A stretch of 64,000 nucleotides of DNA from Eukaryota sp. GEM-RC1 (GCA_040285855.1 JAUFOQ010000002.1:3410001-3474000), one strand, 5' to 3'; shown: positions 38,501 to 50,700, numbered from the stretch's first letter. The notes: generated by a model not told the origin, from the letters alone. A program made the numbers and translations.

Positions 38501-41041
38501 GGACAGTCGAACCAGCGGTCAAAAGTCCAAAATCAATCACTTTTTGACAGTCGACGTTATACGACCTTCCACAATGGTACCAATAACGTCAACCTTCACC
38601 ATCGGACCAAAATCAACCTTGAATTTGATTGAACCTGAATAGGAAACTCTTGAATCAGGTCTCAATTCGACCTTCAATCGAGCCGTCTTGAAAGGGGCAA
38701 TTGAATCCTGTGGACAGAAGAGTATACACCAAGAGGGGCACTCTTTAAGAGAGAAAAAGGCTGTAGAATTAGAGGTATTGGTGAGAACAAGTTCTTGGTA
38801 AGCTGGATTTAAAAACATATTAGAGCTGTTTGACCATTCAAAAGCTAGAATATCATTCACTGGTTGAAGAAGAATTTCAGTGATTTCAGCAAATAATTCC
38901 AAATTTAAAATTGATTGGTTGTTGATTGACACAGAGGGTGAAGCAGTGAAGTTACCAACCATATTTAAAATATTCGGCAATGTCTTGTCAATATTTAAAA
39001 TAATGTCAAATCCAGCCGTAGAATTAGGAGGAATTAGTTGGGTTTTGGAACAAGAAAGTAGAGGAAATTGAGCTAAATCAACTTTGATTGCAATTGATTG
39101 AGCAGTCCCATTATGAATATTAAAACTTTTGGCCACTTTTGAGCCAATAGCCAACTTACCAAAATCAATTTCAGTGACTCCGGCAGATATCAGTTCCAAA
39201 TCACAGTCAGAGAGCGCGTGCAACTTTCCTAATTCAGTTTTGGAAGGAGATGGAAACTTTTTAGTCACAAAAGAGTCAGCAGAAGTCAAGAGACTAGTAC
39301 TGGCAACTGATTGACGAGACTTCTGTAGCACAATCTTCTCAGTTAAAGGTAAACAACTTAATGAGGGAGGATTGATCTCGTCACCAGGAATCATTCCTAA
39401 ATCAACGTCATTTTCATACTGTTTCCTGAGTTCACGTGTCATTCTGAGCTCTTGTTTGACCCTTTGGCTTCTCATATGTTTAATGTATCCCATTCGGTGC
39501 ACGTGATTACCTTCCATTTCCTCCAAAGGAAGTTGATTGGGGTTTAAGGGATCAATGATGGTCGGATCTGTCTTAAACAAGGGTTTTTTAATAGTACTCA
39601 GTTTGAAAGAATCACGAGTATCAGGAATGATTGGGGTTTTAGACGTGATGGACGAGTGGAGATCACACTTGCCAAAAACAGAAAGTGGGTGCAATTGGAA
39701 AGTGGATTCCTGAGAAACACCTACAAACACAGGAATAGATCCTGTCAACTCACCTCCTTGCTTGGGACAAAAAACTACTGGAATAGAAATTTGAGAATTT
39801 TTTAAAATTTGAATTTGGGGAGAAGTGACGTTAAAGTGTGCAATTTTTCCAAAAGATACAACAAGATCATGCCCAGTTAAGTTCGAGACGGAAATGGTCT
39901 TTGTCGATGAGTGATTAATGACAGTCGAATCAAAATAGAGCTCGTACTGGTCAATTGCAATCAAAGGAACAACTGCAGATCCTTCAAAATTAAACTGAGT
40001 TGCTTTAGTTTCTCCTAAAGTAGTTGATGTCAATGTCAGAGTATACTCTAGTTTGAAAGGCGTTATAGGTAGGGACTTGAACTGTTTGGTCATAATTAGC
40101 CGCGAGAGTTTCAACAAGTTTTGACTTGACAACTTGGGCGTGAATGAGATTGAAAGTTTTACATTTTGATCTTCAGTTGTAATGGTTCCAACACGTGGCG
40201 TGACTTGTAGAAAAGTATCTGAGAGAAACTCGTCATGTTTACTTAATCCGGGGGTGAAATTTTTAGAAAAATTAAATTTTACGGATCCCCCAGAGTTATT
40301 CCAAAGGCAATATTCTTTTACTACAGATTTACCGAAAAACATTTGACTACAATCAAAATTGATTGATTTGACAACGTGATCGAGATTCCGTAAATCATAC
40401 AATGACAAAGTTTCCCCAAAAACAATAGCTCTGACCTCAATCAGTTGCTCATTAATGGGAACCTTCTGATGCTCGTCCATTGACATTGCCTGTATGTAAG
40501 AAGAGAAAGCTCCTGGATCCTGGGTGGTGAGATTCACTGAAACTGTAGAGGAAGATGCAGGCAGCAAGTGAACAGAAGAGGGAGAGACTTGGAGGTTAGG
40601 AAGGGATGCGTTGACTACAAAGGAGATGTTTGCAGAAGTTTGAGAGGAATTAGTGACACATAGAGGGAGGGAAGACTTTGAGAAGGACGGAATACGGATG
40701 AAATCAATTAGTTTATGGGAGAATGAGAGAGAGGGTTTGGGAGGTATAGCTTCGAGAGAAACACTTAGAGGGGGGTGATTGGAAAGAAGAATGATGAAGG
40801 AGTCATAATAGGGGGATAGTTTTGTACATGAAAAAGTGATCGTGAGGCTGGTGGAGATTCCTGGTGCAAGAGTGTATGATTTTGGTGGTGAAAACTGAAA
40901 AAATGAGGTAGATGGTCTTCTGAAACGAAGCTTTATACACGAAGAAGAGACGTTTTTGAGTGTTACACATTGAGTATAGGTGGTGTCAGTTGATATAGAA
41001 GTAAAGGACACCACCTTTGGAGATACCTCAAGGACGGGCAT
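32524..41041 (-). CDS. CFAP47: Cilia- and flagella-associated protein 47-like (multiple ASH/PapD Ig-like domains and a CH domain), two homopolymer frameshifts
   Basis: About 2830 codons after joining three ORFs; repeated IDFG...N motifs; CH domain SERTLLQWVNLHV...VTNFDFDF...LACLL. Confidence 0.8.
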
Positions 41042-41357
41042 TGGAAATGGAATTACTATACAATATTAATAAGCACGTTATCAATGTTCATCAATGAAGC
41101 AAATGTATACATTGTCATTGGTGTGCGTTTTACACATTTTGGATCTTGACGACCAACGCTTTTTCATATAAAAATTTTCTCCAAGGATATTGTTTTACAC
41201 CGCATCAACCACACTATCAACCACATAACTGTAATACGACTCCAAGTGTTGGAAGATGCCACGTATAAGAGGTTTGTAAAGGATTAGTATTTTCATTAAC
41301 AGTCTCAAAATTATAAAGGGGCTTCGTCACAAATACCAATTTTCTCACACACCTCAA

Positions 41358-41700
41358 TCACAAATACCACTTTTCTGAATAACATCTTTTATAAATACCA
41401 AACAACTTTCTTACCCTTTTCTTTCGGAAAACATCCACTCTCTTTCTTCTCGGTCTGCCCACTGATTTTTTCACAAGAGGTGGTAATGGAAGAGATTCAG
41501 GATTGATTGCTTTGACCCAATCTGTTCTTTGTTTCATAGGCATAATTGATGTTGCATAAGTTTCAATAAAGTTCTGTACAAGAAACACTTTGTCAATGCA
41601 ATCTAAAATGAGTGATAAAATAGTCCCGTTTGGATCATTTCGATGCATCTAATTTCTTAAAAGTTTGCAATTTGACAACACTGGTAATTTCCCATCCTAG
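41358..41700 (-). mobile_element. Mutator/MULE transposase C-terminal remnant
   Basis: VF.VQNFIETYATSIMP...W...LPPLVKKSVGRPRRKR, typical of the region after the SWIM finger. Confidence 0.6.
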
Positions 41701-42241
41701 ACCGTTCGATCAAGATCTCGAATTCCTTTGATGATTCCATTTCCAATTTTTAAGACCTTTGTCAGCTTTCTGTTGTGTGGTTGTTACCGTACTACATGAA
41801 ATCAATGGATGTTCTGCCATTTAAAGAAATACATCAAAAAAGGTTTATAGAATTGAGGCCATAAATAGTCATCTGATTCAACCTTTTAAATGTTATGTAC
41901 ATAGTCATTTTTTGGAAGGGCTACCTGGGTGTTAAAAACTGGATAAATGGACTCAATTGAGCTTTAGTTGTGATTCATTCATTCTTAAACTTATCACAAG
42001 CTGGTCTCTAAAGTTCTCATTTTGAAGAGATCGTGATTTTGAAGACACCAAAGGGATACAATTAAGCAAAAGTCAAAGAGAGAAGCACATTGGATGGCCG
42101 GATAGACATTTAATAACAGTGAATCAAACAAACTAACAAACAAGCCAAAAAGACGTTAGCTCATATACTTTAATAAAAGAACGGATTGGCTTAAAAAAAC
42201 ACTGAAGAAAACACACCGGATTTATGATAAAAATACAAGAT

Positions 42242-43723
42242 CTATGAACTTTTTGGTTTTAATAGTTTTTTAAAAAGCACTCTCTCCGAGTAAACAAAAC
42301 TTAAAACATTGATGACCACCAGAAAACCCCCAAAGGCTAAATAACCAATAAACGACATTGAAAATTGAACAAGAACTGGAACAAAAGGATTGTAAAACAA
42401 ACGAAGAAGAGCCAAAGTTAGGAACAACAAAATGAAGGAAACTTTGCCAGGTAACAATGAAGTCAGTCTAATAGGAAACACGTCATCCTGATTGCCCTTC
42501 AACACTATATAGTTGTAGGAAAGCAGAGCCCTGGTGCTCATATTTAAAATAATTGATAAAATAACACCATTAAAAAGACCAAAAATGAATCAATATCAAA
42601 CTCATTACTACATTACAAACACTTAAAGCAATATACCAAAGATTTAACTTCTCCAACACTTCCCTTGATGAAACTGAATGAAGTACTGCCTCAAGGATAC
42701 CATTAATGGTAAGAAAAGGCAAAGTGGTGCATATCAGTGTGAGCAAACGAGAAACTTCAAACTCACAAAAAGTTGATTTAGAAAAGAGGAATCGTATGAC
42801 AGTCGCACTGTAAAAGTAACTAAAAATGATTGACAGACAACCTACAAACACCCCAATTCTCACCAATCCTAGGACTTTATATAAAACCTCGTTGTGATTG
42901 CTTTTAACAGTACTTTTGGCATACACTCTGTACACTAACTCCTCTATTGGTTGATAGAAAAACTTAATAACAAATGCAATCAATCCTTGGCAAAAGAGTA
43001 AAGGCCAAGTTGATGATCCGAAAGGAGAAAGAAAAGAACATTGTTTTCAGCTTCAGTAAGAATATACTTTAGGACGGTTTGTTTTGAATAAATCTTTAAA
43101 TACTGATACTCTTCTCCAGTCAAGTTAGAGTTAGTGAATTCCACTCTCAGTAAGACTGCCACGGAATACGAACACAAGAGAAAGAGAGAGCGGAAGAGAT
43201 AGCCCACGGCGTAGGACATTGCAACAGAGAAGTTGAAAAGGAAGCAAGCCATTGAGGCAAAGGTTTTGACCAAAAAAGATAAGGACAGAAACAGATTAGA
43301 AACACTGAAATTGTGTTCAGATGTTAAAAGAAGATTGTAAAACGGTTCTGAGGAACATTCGAGAAGTGAAGAGATAACAACGATTAACAAAGCACTCGAA
43401 TTTTGCTGTAGAATGGAATCTTCAGATCCAAATGTGAAGAAGAACAACAGAAGAAAGGAAACCACTAGTGAAAGAGGAAGTTCTAAGAAAAGCAGCTTAA
43501 GCAGCGACTTTGAAGGTTTGACTTCAACATTTTGGAGAATCAGACGACGAAAGGGTTCACGAGAAAGGAAAACAATCGATCGATTCAGGAGATCAAAACG
43601 AAAAGTAGCTACTCCAAATGAAGATGTATCTTTAGCCAAAGCGGACTTGTTGAGTAGGAATGATGAAAGTTTATTGAAAAGCTGGACTGATATAAGTTGT
43701 CCCAACCCATAGACATCAAGCAT
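42242..43723 (-). CDS. RFT1: Man5GlcNAc2-PP-dolichol translocation protein RFT1 (two homopolymer frameshifts)
   Basis: VFLSREPFRR, LECSSEPFY, KYILTEAE, FYQPIEE, INGILEA; many TM helices. Confidence 0.88.
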
Positions 43724-43783
43724 AGAACAATAATGATCCCACAAAATTTATCAGCTAAAATGGATGAAGAATTCTCTAAAGAA

Positions 43784-44244
43784 TTAACGACGCTTGGACT
43801 TGGACTTCGCGCTTTGTGCTTGAGCGGCTTCCTTCTGAGCCTTTTTCTGCATTTTAGTATCCTTAGCTTCCTTTGCGCTTCTGTAATTAATTGATTTACA
43901 ATAAACAATGCATACCTGATAGCAGATTCTCTTTTAGCGAGACGTTCTTCTCTTGATTCCTTCTGACGCTTGACGATTTCCTCAATAGAGGCACCAACAA
44001 CAGCTCTCTGGACCTTAACAACCTTTCTGCGAACACGTTTGCCTAAAGCGATTTCTTGTTCCTTCTTATGATCTTTACGCCAAGCAAGGGTCCATCCATG
44101 CTTACGGGGATTCCAACGGTGGTTGTAATGTGATAGAGCCTTGTGGCTTTCGAAGATGAAAATCTTTCCATCAGTACGAACGGCACGAATACCAGTGGCG
44201 GGAGCGATTTTATGTCCAGAGTAGGAGCAAACTTCTGTCTTCAT
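43784..44244 (-). CDS. RPL24: 60S ribosomal protein eL24 (35-nt intron 43881-43915)
   Basis: MKTEVCSYSGHKI...NPRKHGWTLAWRKDHKK...QRAVVGASIEEI; after splicing ends AKEAK...KSKRR*. Confidence 0.93.
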
Positions 44245-44552
44245 TGCTATGATAAGACTATATTACGTGTAAAACGTACAAAAAGAAAGGAGGGGAAAGG
44301 CGTTTCTTTCTCAAACATTCCAATTCACACTCTTTCATACCAAAACTCCCATCACATCCATTATACGATTCGGTATTACCAATCCGTACTTCGTGACTTC
44401 TACAAACAGTTCTTTACGATGTTGTCATCTCAAAAATTTATCAATTTAATAATCGTCAGTTTTCGTTTGAACCATAAAGCATTGTATGAAAAAGAACGTT
44501 AAATAACACATCAAAAGCACTACTAATACAAAATTAACAAAATTGCATTGAT

Positions 44553-45064
44553 TTAAAGGTATTTTCTCATATCATAAGCATTTTCTCCATCTGCATAATA
44601 CCCTTTTTCTTCAGAATAAAGAGTATAACCCAAAACATCTCGATACATATGTAATGCAGCTGCGTTAGACATACGAACATGCAGCGAACAATACCGTGCA
44701 TCATAAACCTCTCTAATGTAAATCAAAGTAAAAAACAACGTACTTCATCATTTTGTGTGCTAACCTCATCATTTTTGTTGCAAGACCCAATTTCCTGTGG
44801 GTCCGTAGTACAGCTACAGATGTTATATGTCCATGTGAAACAGAAGCATTTTCTTCCCTAAGATCAGGACTAGAGAAAAGATATACATTTTGCTAGTACA
44901 TAGCCCACGACTTTGCCCTGATCCTCTGCTACCCATAAGAGTTGTGGCCAGGTCGTGGCGTGGTAGAGATAGTATTTAAGATTGTAGTTTTCAGGAAGAC
45001 AGTGAAGATTACAGTCTTGGATAGCAGGGAGGTCTTCAATCTGGGCTTGTCGAAGGCAGACCAT
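44553..45064 (-). CDS. NAA10: N-terminal acetyltransferase A catalytic subunit NAA10/ARD1 (introns 44858-44886 and 44713-44743)
   Basis: [25 protein letters not shown](M)[47 protein letters not shown]. Confidence 0.95.
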
Positions 45065-45239
45065 AAGAAGAGAATTCAATGCAATGGAATTGGAAGATAT
45101 CTCGATATACACTGTCTCTGTCAGATTTGTTCTACATTCAGCTATGTACATGCATTACCAATTTCCTTAACGGTTAATGTTGAACAACGTAACCTTTCAC
45201 CAGACTGGGAAGTTGTTTGAAGCTAACCTTATTAAGAGA

Positions 45240-46920
45240 GAGATGTTTATTCGGCACCCAATAAGGTAACCTTTCTACAAACTATGAAATTGTAAAAACA
45301 GACAAATAATACTAAGATTAAATCCAAACGACTTCATCACCACCCGGTAAAAGATTACGTTTATCTACATGAACCTTCACACCAAACTTGTACAATTTCT
45401 CAATTAATCTAGAGAAATAGAAAGGCATATTCCGATATATGGAAAACACTATACGGTTTTTCCATTCAGCCATTCTAAACTTACGCTTCTTTTCTTTACA
45501 CAATTCTTCGAAATCCTTGAAAAATTGATCACCAGCAGGACTAATAGATCCAAAAAGAGAAACAGCAAAAGGTTGAAACACAAATTTGGAATATGAGTTT
45601 CTATTTAATTCTTCTACTTGAGAGTCATACTTGGTGTGTTTGAGCTTTTCAGCTGCTGTTAATGGATTAAATGAAGAATCTAATATCCTACTAACACAAG
45701 ATTTGTTACATACATCTACTGTAGTAAAATCCATTAATGCTTGACTCGATTTAAGCCACGGAGTATGTAGATCCCCTCGTTTTTGATCAGTAAATTCATT
45801 TTCTGAAAGATGATTCAAAACTGGTTCAACTTTAGAGTGAAAACCATGTGCTTTAAACATGGAATAACAAGAATCACGTACACCATCATGAATTATTGCA
45901 CGGAGATGAATAAAATAACGACAATTAATTAAATGACGAAAAACACCATTAGCTCCACAAGAGCACGTTGAATAGTTTAATAAATTTGCAGGCCAAATAG
46001 CCAAACGAAGACGCATATTGATCATCCAAGCTTCATCAGATAGATGTAATCCATACACCTTTGGAATTTGAGAAATAAATCCAGAAGGTCCACTATTACA
46101 AAGATCGATTAAAAAAGCAGCGAACTCGGGACTATTAGTTTTAGCCAAGCTAATACGATTATTAAAGTCCAAGAGTTCAAACTCCTTGTCAATTTATTTT
46201 GCAGCTTACATACAGCAGATGGTAGAGATGAAATATTTTTAAAGGAGTCTCCTTCAAATGAGCAGGGAACAAAGATTCCCACATTTCAGGAGACAAAGAT
46301 GATAACAAATCTTTAGCAGATTGAATCCAACGGCAATTACTGGAATTCAACAGATTGATTCCATCCAAGGGAAACCGTTTCAAAAATTCAAACATAAAAT
46401 TCTTAACACCTCCTAAAAGAGCAGATTTTCTAATGATTTTTGCATGGGTGAAACCTACTCCTGCGAATTCAGAAGAATAAAAAGCATGAAATGGAATCTT
46501 AGACTCATCAATTTCAGCCAAGTTAGAGAGAAAATTTGTTCTAATAGAATTAAATTTCTTGGCAAATGTTTCAGTAAGGGAATAGTCTAATGAACGTAAA
46601 AAATGATTAATTTTCCCGGAAAAACAGACCTGAAGCATAGCAAAGGAAACATGTTTGCTCACATCTAAAGATAATATTTGATTTAGTTTTTCTTCAATTG
46701 TAGTTAATGAACTCTCCAATTCTGAATGAATTTTCTCATAATTTCCCAAAAACGTGCCAAGGAAACGAAAACATTGAGTAGAATAATCGATGATAGGAAT
46801 ATTACAAAAACCAAGATTAGAAACATTCGAAGACTTAACAACAAGAAAACACTTATCAAAATTGATTGTTAAACCAATACTCAAAGAAAGTTCGATGAAA
46901 CGTGAAAAACACTTTTTGAA
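45240..46920 (-). mobile_element. Best-preserved family B RLE non-LTR retrotransposon (5'-truncated within the RT)
   Basis: End of RT (IGLTINFDKC, FRFLG), CSCG...HLINC...IIHDGVRD, KRGDL...MDFTT...AEKLKHTKY...FQPFAVSLFG; stop codon at 45318-45320. Confidence 0.9.
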
Positions 46921-46989
46921 CCTTATTAATACTGTACTAGTATTATTTGTACAAATTAAATAACAAGAATTTACTAATATTGTATTTGA

Positions 46990-47099
46990 TTCAATAAGAG
47001 TTTATTCGGTACTCAAAACGGTACCCTACCTACGAATATATAAATTTGCAAAAGAAGCAATTAATTCTAAGACTAAATCCAAATTCTTCCAGACCACCA
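46990..47099 (-). mobile_element. Left part of an interrupted family B retrotransposon 3' end
   Basis: TTTATTCGGTACTCAAAACGGTACC...CTAAGACTAAATCCAAA...CCACC resembles 45244-45344. Confidence 0.7.
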
Positions 47100-47387
47100 A
47101 CCAAACAATATTTGTTTATTCCAATAAACGATGGTATCTTTAATAATCAAGCTACTCACTGGACTCTGTTGATTTGTGATATTAAGAGAAAAAGATACTA
47201 TTCCCTTGATCCAATGTTTACTCAAAATCAACATCAAAAGTTTTCAGATACTTTAGGTCGTTGCGAAGATATTATTAGACAATTTCATGAGCGTGTGTTT
47301 TTTCCTTTCAATTATCATTATTTAGGAAGGCTTTTCGTAACTCAACACCAAACACAAGGTGACTGTGGACCTTTTATTTTAGAGTAA
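47100..47387 (+). CDS. Ulp1/SENP-like (C48) cysteine protease domain, 5'-truncated
   Basis: YLFIPIN...HWTLLICD...YSLDP...QTQGDCGPF gives the His-Asp-Cys triad plus the oxyanion Gln. Confidence 0.8.
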   Translation, partial: TKQYLFIPINDGIFNNQATHWTLLICDIKRKRYYSLDPMFTQNQHQKFSDTLGRCEDIIRQFHERVFFPFNYHYLGRLFVTQHQTQGDCGPFILE

Positions 47388-48320
47388 AAATTACGAAGAA
47401 TGTCAAAGTTCGCAAGTAGTTGAAGGTTCGACTGGTTCTTTGAATGAATTTCCTGAAATTCCAGTTGTTAAAGGAAAAAAGGAAAAAGAATCAAGAATTC
47501 CATTTATTGACATTGCAACTGATACTGTTGTTGATGACTCCCTTCCTACAGTTATTATAATTGATATTGAAACAAGAAACATCAATGAGAAAATTCCTTC
47601 AAGAGTGAACAAAGAATTGAATGAACATCGTAGAACGGAAAAAGAGTCTTTGAATCAGAGAAGATCTCTAATGAATGATTTTGAGAAAGAAGCTCACGAC
47701 CTTGATTTTCTCGCAGATCAACAAATCATCATGATCTCTGTCATTATTGCAAAATTGCAATCCAATGGTGAGGTACAATTTGACAGCTCAATCGTCCTTT
47801 ACACTGACTACAATTATAAAATCAAATTCAGTGAATCAGAAACACAAGCTTTTAAATTAGATCTTTTGGACTTCCCAAATGAAAACGAATTATTGGTTAC
47901 ATACGCTAATATTGTTAGTCAATATAAACCAAATGCTTTTATTGGCCATAATATTTTCAATTTTGATTTGCCCATAATTGATTGATAGAATGTGGGCTCT
48001 TGACCTTCCTCTTTTAACAAATCCAAATCCAATTGAGTTACCTTTACATAATAGATGGCTGGATATCATAAAAGATCACAATGGTTTTACAGTTTTGGAT
48101 ACCTTCTTGTTTGCAAAAAAATCATATTGGTCTCAAGTATGGTTGTAGTCTAGCCAATTTATCTTGGAATTTACTTTCTGAACCCAAATTGAAATTGGAT
48201 AAAGACTTGGACCACTTACTCCCAGTTGATTGTATAAGAAGTGATAAAAGAATGAAAACGCTAATCAACTACTGTCTTTATGATTCCATTCTGGCGTTTA
48301 AATTGTTTATTTTATTTCAA
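47383..48320 (+). CDS. PolB-family DEDDy 3'-5' exonuclease domain (N-terminal part of the Fanzor fusion)
   Basis: ExoI IIDIET (47560-47574), ExoII GHNIFNFDLPII, then VLDTFLFAK, SLANLS...LL.EPK, ExoIII YCLYDS (48270-48287). Interrupted by a 4-bp ATTG duplication (~47977-47984) and an A7 indel (48115-48121). Confidence 0.85.
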
Positions 48321-50630
48321 AAAGACAAAATTGTTTTTCAATCATGGGCTTCCATTAAAACTTCAGTTGATAGTGTAGTAAAACATCAAGAAGTTCAAGA
48401 TGCCATGCTTTTAGGATCTCAGTTCTACAATGCGTTAAGACAACAGACTACAATGTGTGTTAAAGAATATCTGTTGGCTCGCTATCGTCTTGGACAAGAT
48501 TTGTCTAAGTTTGATTACAAGTTGTTTTATCATACAATGCTTTCAATTAGAAATCTTTCATCTGAAGTTCATGAATTTAAAATTCCAAATAATCGTCCTA
48601 TATCAACAATTGATGCAGACCTTCGTGATTTTGTTGCTGGAGAAGGAATCTATACAGCCAATTCAAACTACCCCGGATATAAGCACTGTGTTACTGATAC
48701 ATTTGGCACATGTCATATACCAGAACTTGATTTTGATCATATCAGCAGAGCTTTTAAATACACTACTCAGTATGAAATGTGGCCTGCATTTGAACTAAAT
48801 ATTCGTCGCAATTATGAGTTGTACATTAAAAGATTTATCAATACAGTAATGGGTAAGAAAGAGTTTGAAAAGGGAATCAAGAAGAAACGTAATTTAGTTT
48901 TAGGTCCAGAATTTGCAGGACTAACAGGACGTGAAGCTCAAAAATTCACTAGTTACTTCAGATTTCGCTTAAAGATATTGAAAGATCAAATTTTGTATCG
49001 ACCTACAAATGAAGCCTTACAGTATATTAATTCTTTTAACTGTGCCACTCACACTGAAAATGTTAAGTTTATTGATGAAGTTTCCAAAGTTTTTGATGAT
49101 GATTTCAGTATGTTAATATTTGAACAGGTTAATTCTCTAATGGCTGATAAAATTCCAGAATTACTTCAAAGATTTAACATCATATTTCCTACTTCAATCA
49201 CTACTAACGACAATGAAACTGTAAACGTTCATAATTTACTTTACACAGTTCAGGAGTATCCACTTCATTTTCTTAGAAATTCTCTTCAAATCTCAGATTA
49301 CTTGGAATCAAAGGGTGCTAAGTTGTATAATGAAATTCCTCTAAGTTTAGAGAATACTCCCTGTTTTTTCCCAATAGACACTAGAACTCTTTGGGGACTG
49401 GCTAAGCACTGTTTTGGATATAAGAATAATGATAAGAAGATTGGTCCTTTACATTCAAAAGTGACTAATTACATGTCTGCTGATCAGATTAAAAACTTGA
49501 CCCATTCTCAACAACAGGATTACTGGAAAAGATGGTTTAACTATGATGACAGAAGTTTTCACAAAGCCAATTTTGAATTCAACAACTATGCTGTAACTGA
49601 TGGAATTTCGATTTGTTTTCAATTTGTGAGAAAGGATTTGAAAGGAATGAAATGTAAACCTGATTCAAGTAAAGCTTCAGTAAAAGTACAATATTTCAAT
49701 GAATGTGATAGGTCTGATTTTATTTCTAAACAAATGGTTTATGTGGACATTGGAAAACGAGATATGCTACAACTTGCATCTAAATCAGATAGGGAAACTC
49801 AAAATCCTCTAAAGAAATACAACTTCTTACGATTGACATATGCTGAGTGGTCTAGAGTTTCAAGAAAGCATAAAAGAATCCACCAGTACCTTGTTAGAAG
49901 GAGATCAGGTACTACTACCGTGAGAGCAGGTGATGACAATCCAATAACTGTGACAATGAAAATTGAGAAATGGAACACTTGGTTAAGTGAAGAACGGAAT
50001 TCTAAAACTGTTAATTACAATAAATTTAGAAAGTTTATTCTGGCTAAATGTATTCACTACAATGCAACTAAAGACTTCTATGCTTTGCATATATGGAGGA
50101 TTCACAAAATCCAAAAATCATGTCCATAAGCAAAAGACAGAGTCGAAATTGGTTAGCAGCATTGTAAAAACTTTTGGTAGCCGTGATAAAATCGTACTAT
50201 GTATTGGTGATTTAGGTCAGAAGCCAATGCCCAACTTAAAACACAGTCCACCATCCAGAACTAAGACTTGGACTTCATTCTTTCAGAGAAACGGTTTTTT
50301 AACAGTGATGAATGATGAGAGAAACACTTCGTCAAAGTGTCCAGAATGTCATGAAGATGTTTTTGAAACTTCTATTGAGGTTGTCAACCCAAAGCCCAAA
50401 TCAAGAGAGAAGAGAGAATGGATTCACCCCCATGGCTTACTAGAGTGTAAGAGCAAACATTGTCTGGGAGAAGTCAAGAAGCGATTGAAGGGGGGAAAAG
50501 AAAAGGGCACACAGTGCCCAGTCAAGTGTATTGGAATCGAAACAAGATGGCTTGTTTGAACATGATGAACATGTTCGAGCATTGGATGAATGGTAGTGAT
50601 GAGAGAGTAGAGTATCTGAGTAGAAATTAG
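48320..50630 (+). CDS. Fanzor1-like (eukaryotic TnpB-family) RNA-guided nuclease
   Basis: N-terminal SIKTSVDSVVK...VKEYLL; IDT; TDGISICFQF; RuvC-I VDIGKRDML; bridge-helix-like KQKTESKLV...FG; IGD; RuvC-II DERNTSSKCPEC; HGLLEC...C; RuvC-III WNR(N)KMACLNM; ends ERVEYLSRN* at 50630. Two 1-nt indels, near 50115 and 50495. Confidence 0.88.
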
Positions 50631-50700
50631 TTTTAATTTTGTTAGCTGGCTGGTGAAACCCGGCCATATTTGGTTAATTCCATTCGGTAAAAGATCACGT
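50631..50700 (+). ncRNA. Candidate Fanzor omegaRNA 3' region (scaffold hairpin plus downstream guide)
   Basis: Hairpin TGGCTGG-TGAAAC-CCGGCCA (50647-50666) between the Fanzor stop and the right junction; position matches where TnpB/Fanzor omegaRNAs are encoded. Confidence 0.5.

Noticed and set aside
43609..43783. C-terminal extension of RPL24 overlapping RFT1
   Set aside because: Artefact of reading through the 35-nt intron; the spliced protein stops at 43784.
8493..45064. Alternative genetic code or stop-codon readthrough explaining the broken genes
   Set aside because: The breaks change reading frame rather than being in-frame stops, and TAA, TAG and TGA all end intact genes.
47383..48320. 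Polinton/Maverick or viral DNA polymerase B gene
   Set aside because: Only the exonuclease motifs are present; no polymerase palm motifs (DxxSLYP, KxxxNSxYG, YGDTDS), integrase, ATPase or capsid ORFs are visible.
50647..50680. Canonical Helitron 3' terminus
   Set aside because: A subterminal hairpin is present but there is no CTRR end and no Rep/helicase; kept only as one possible mobilisation route.
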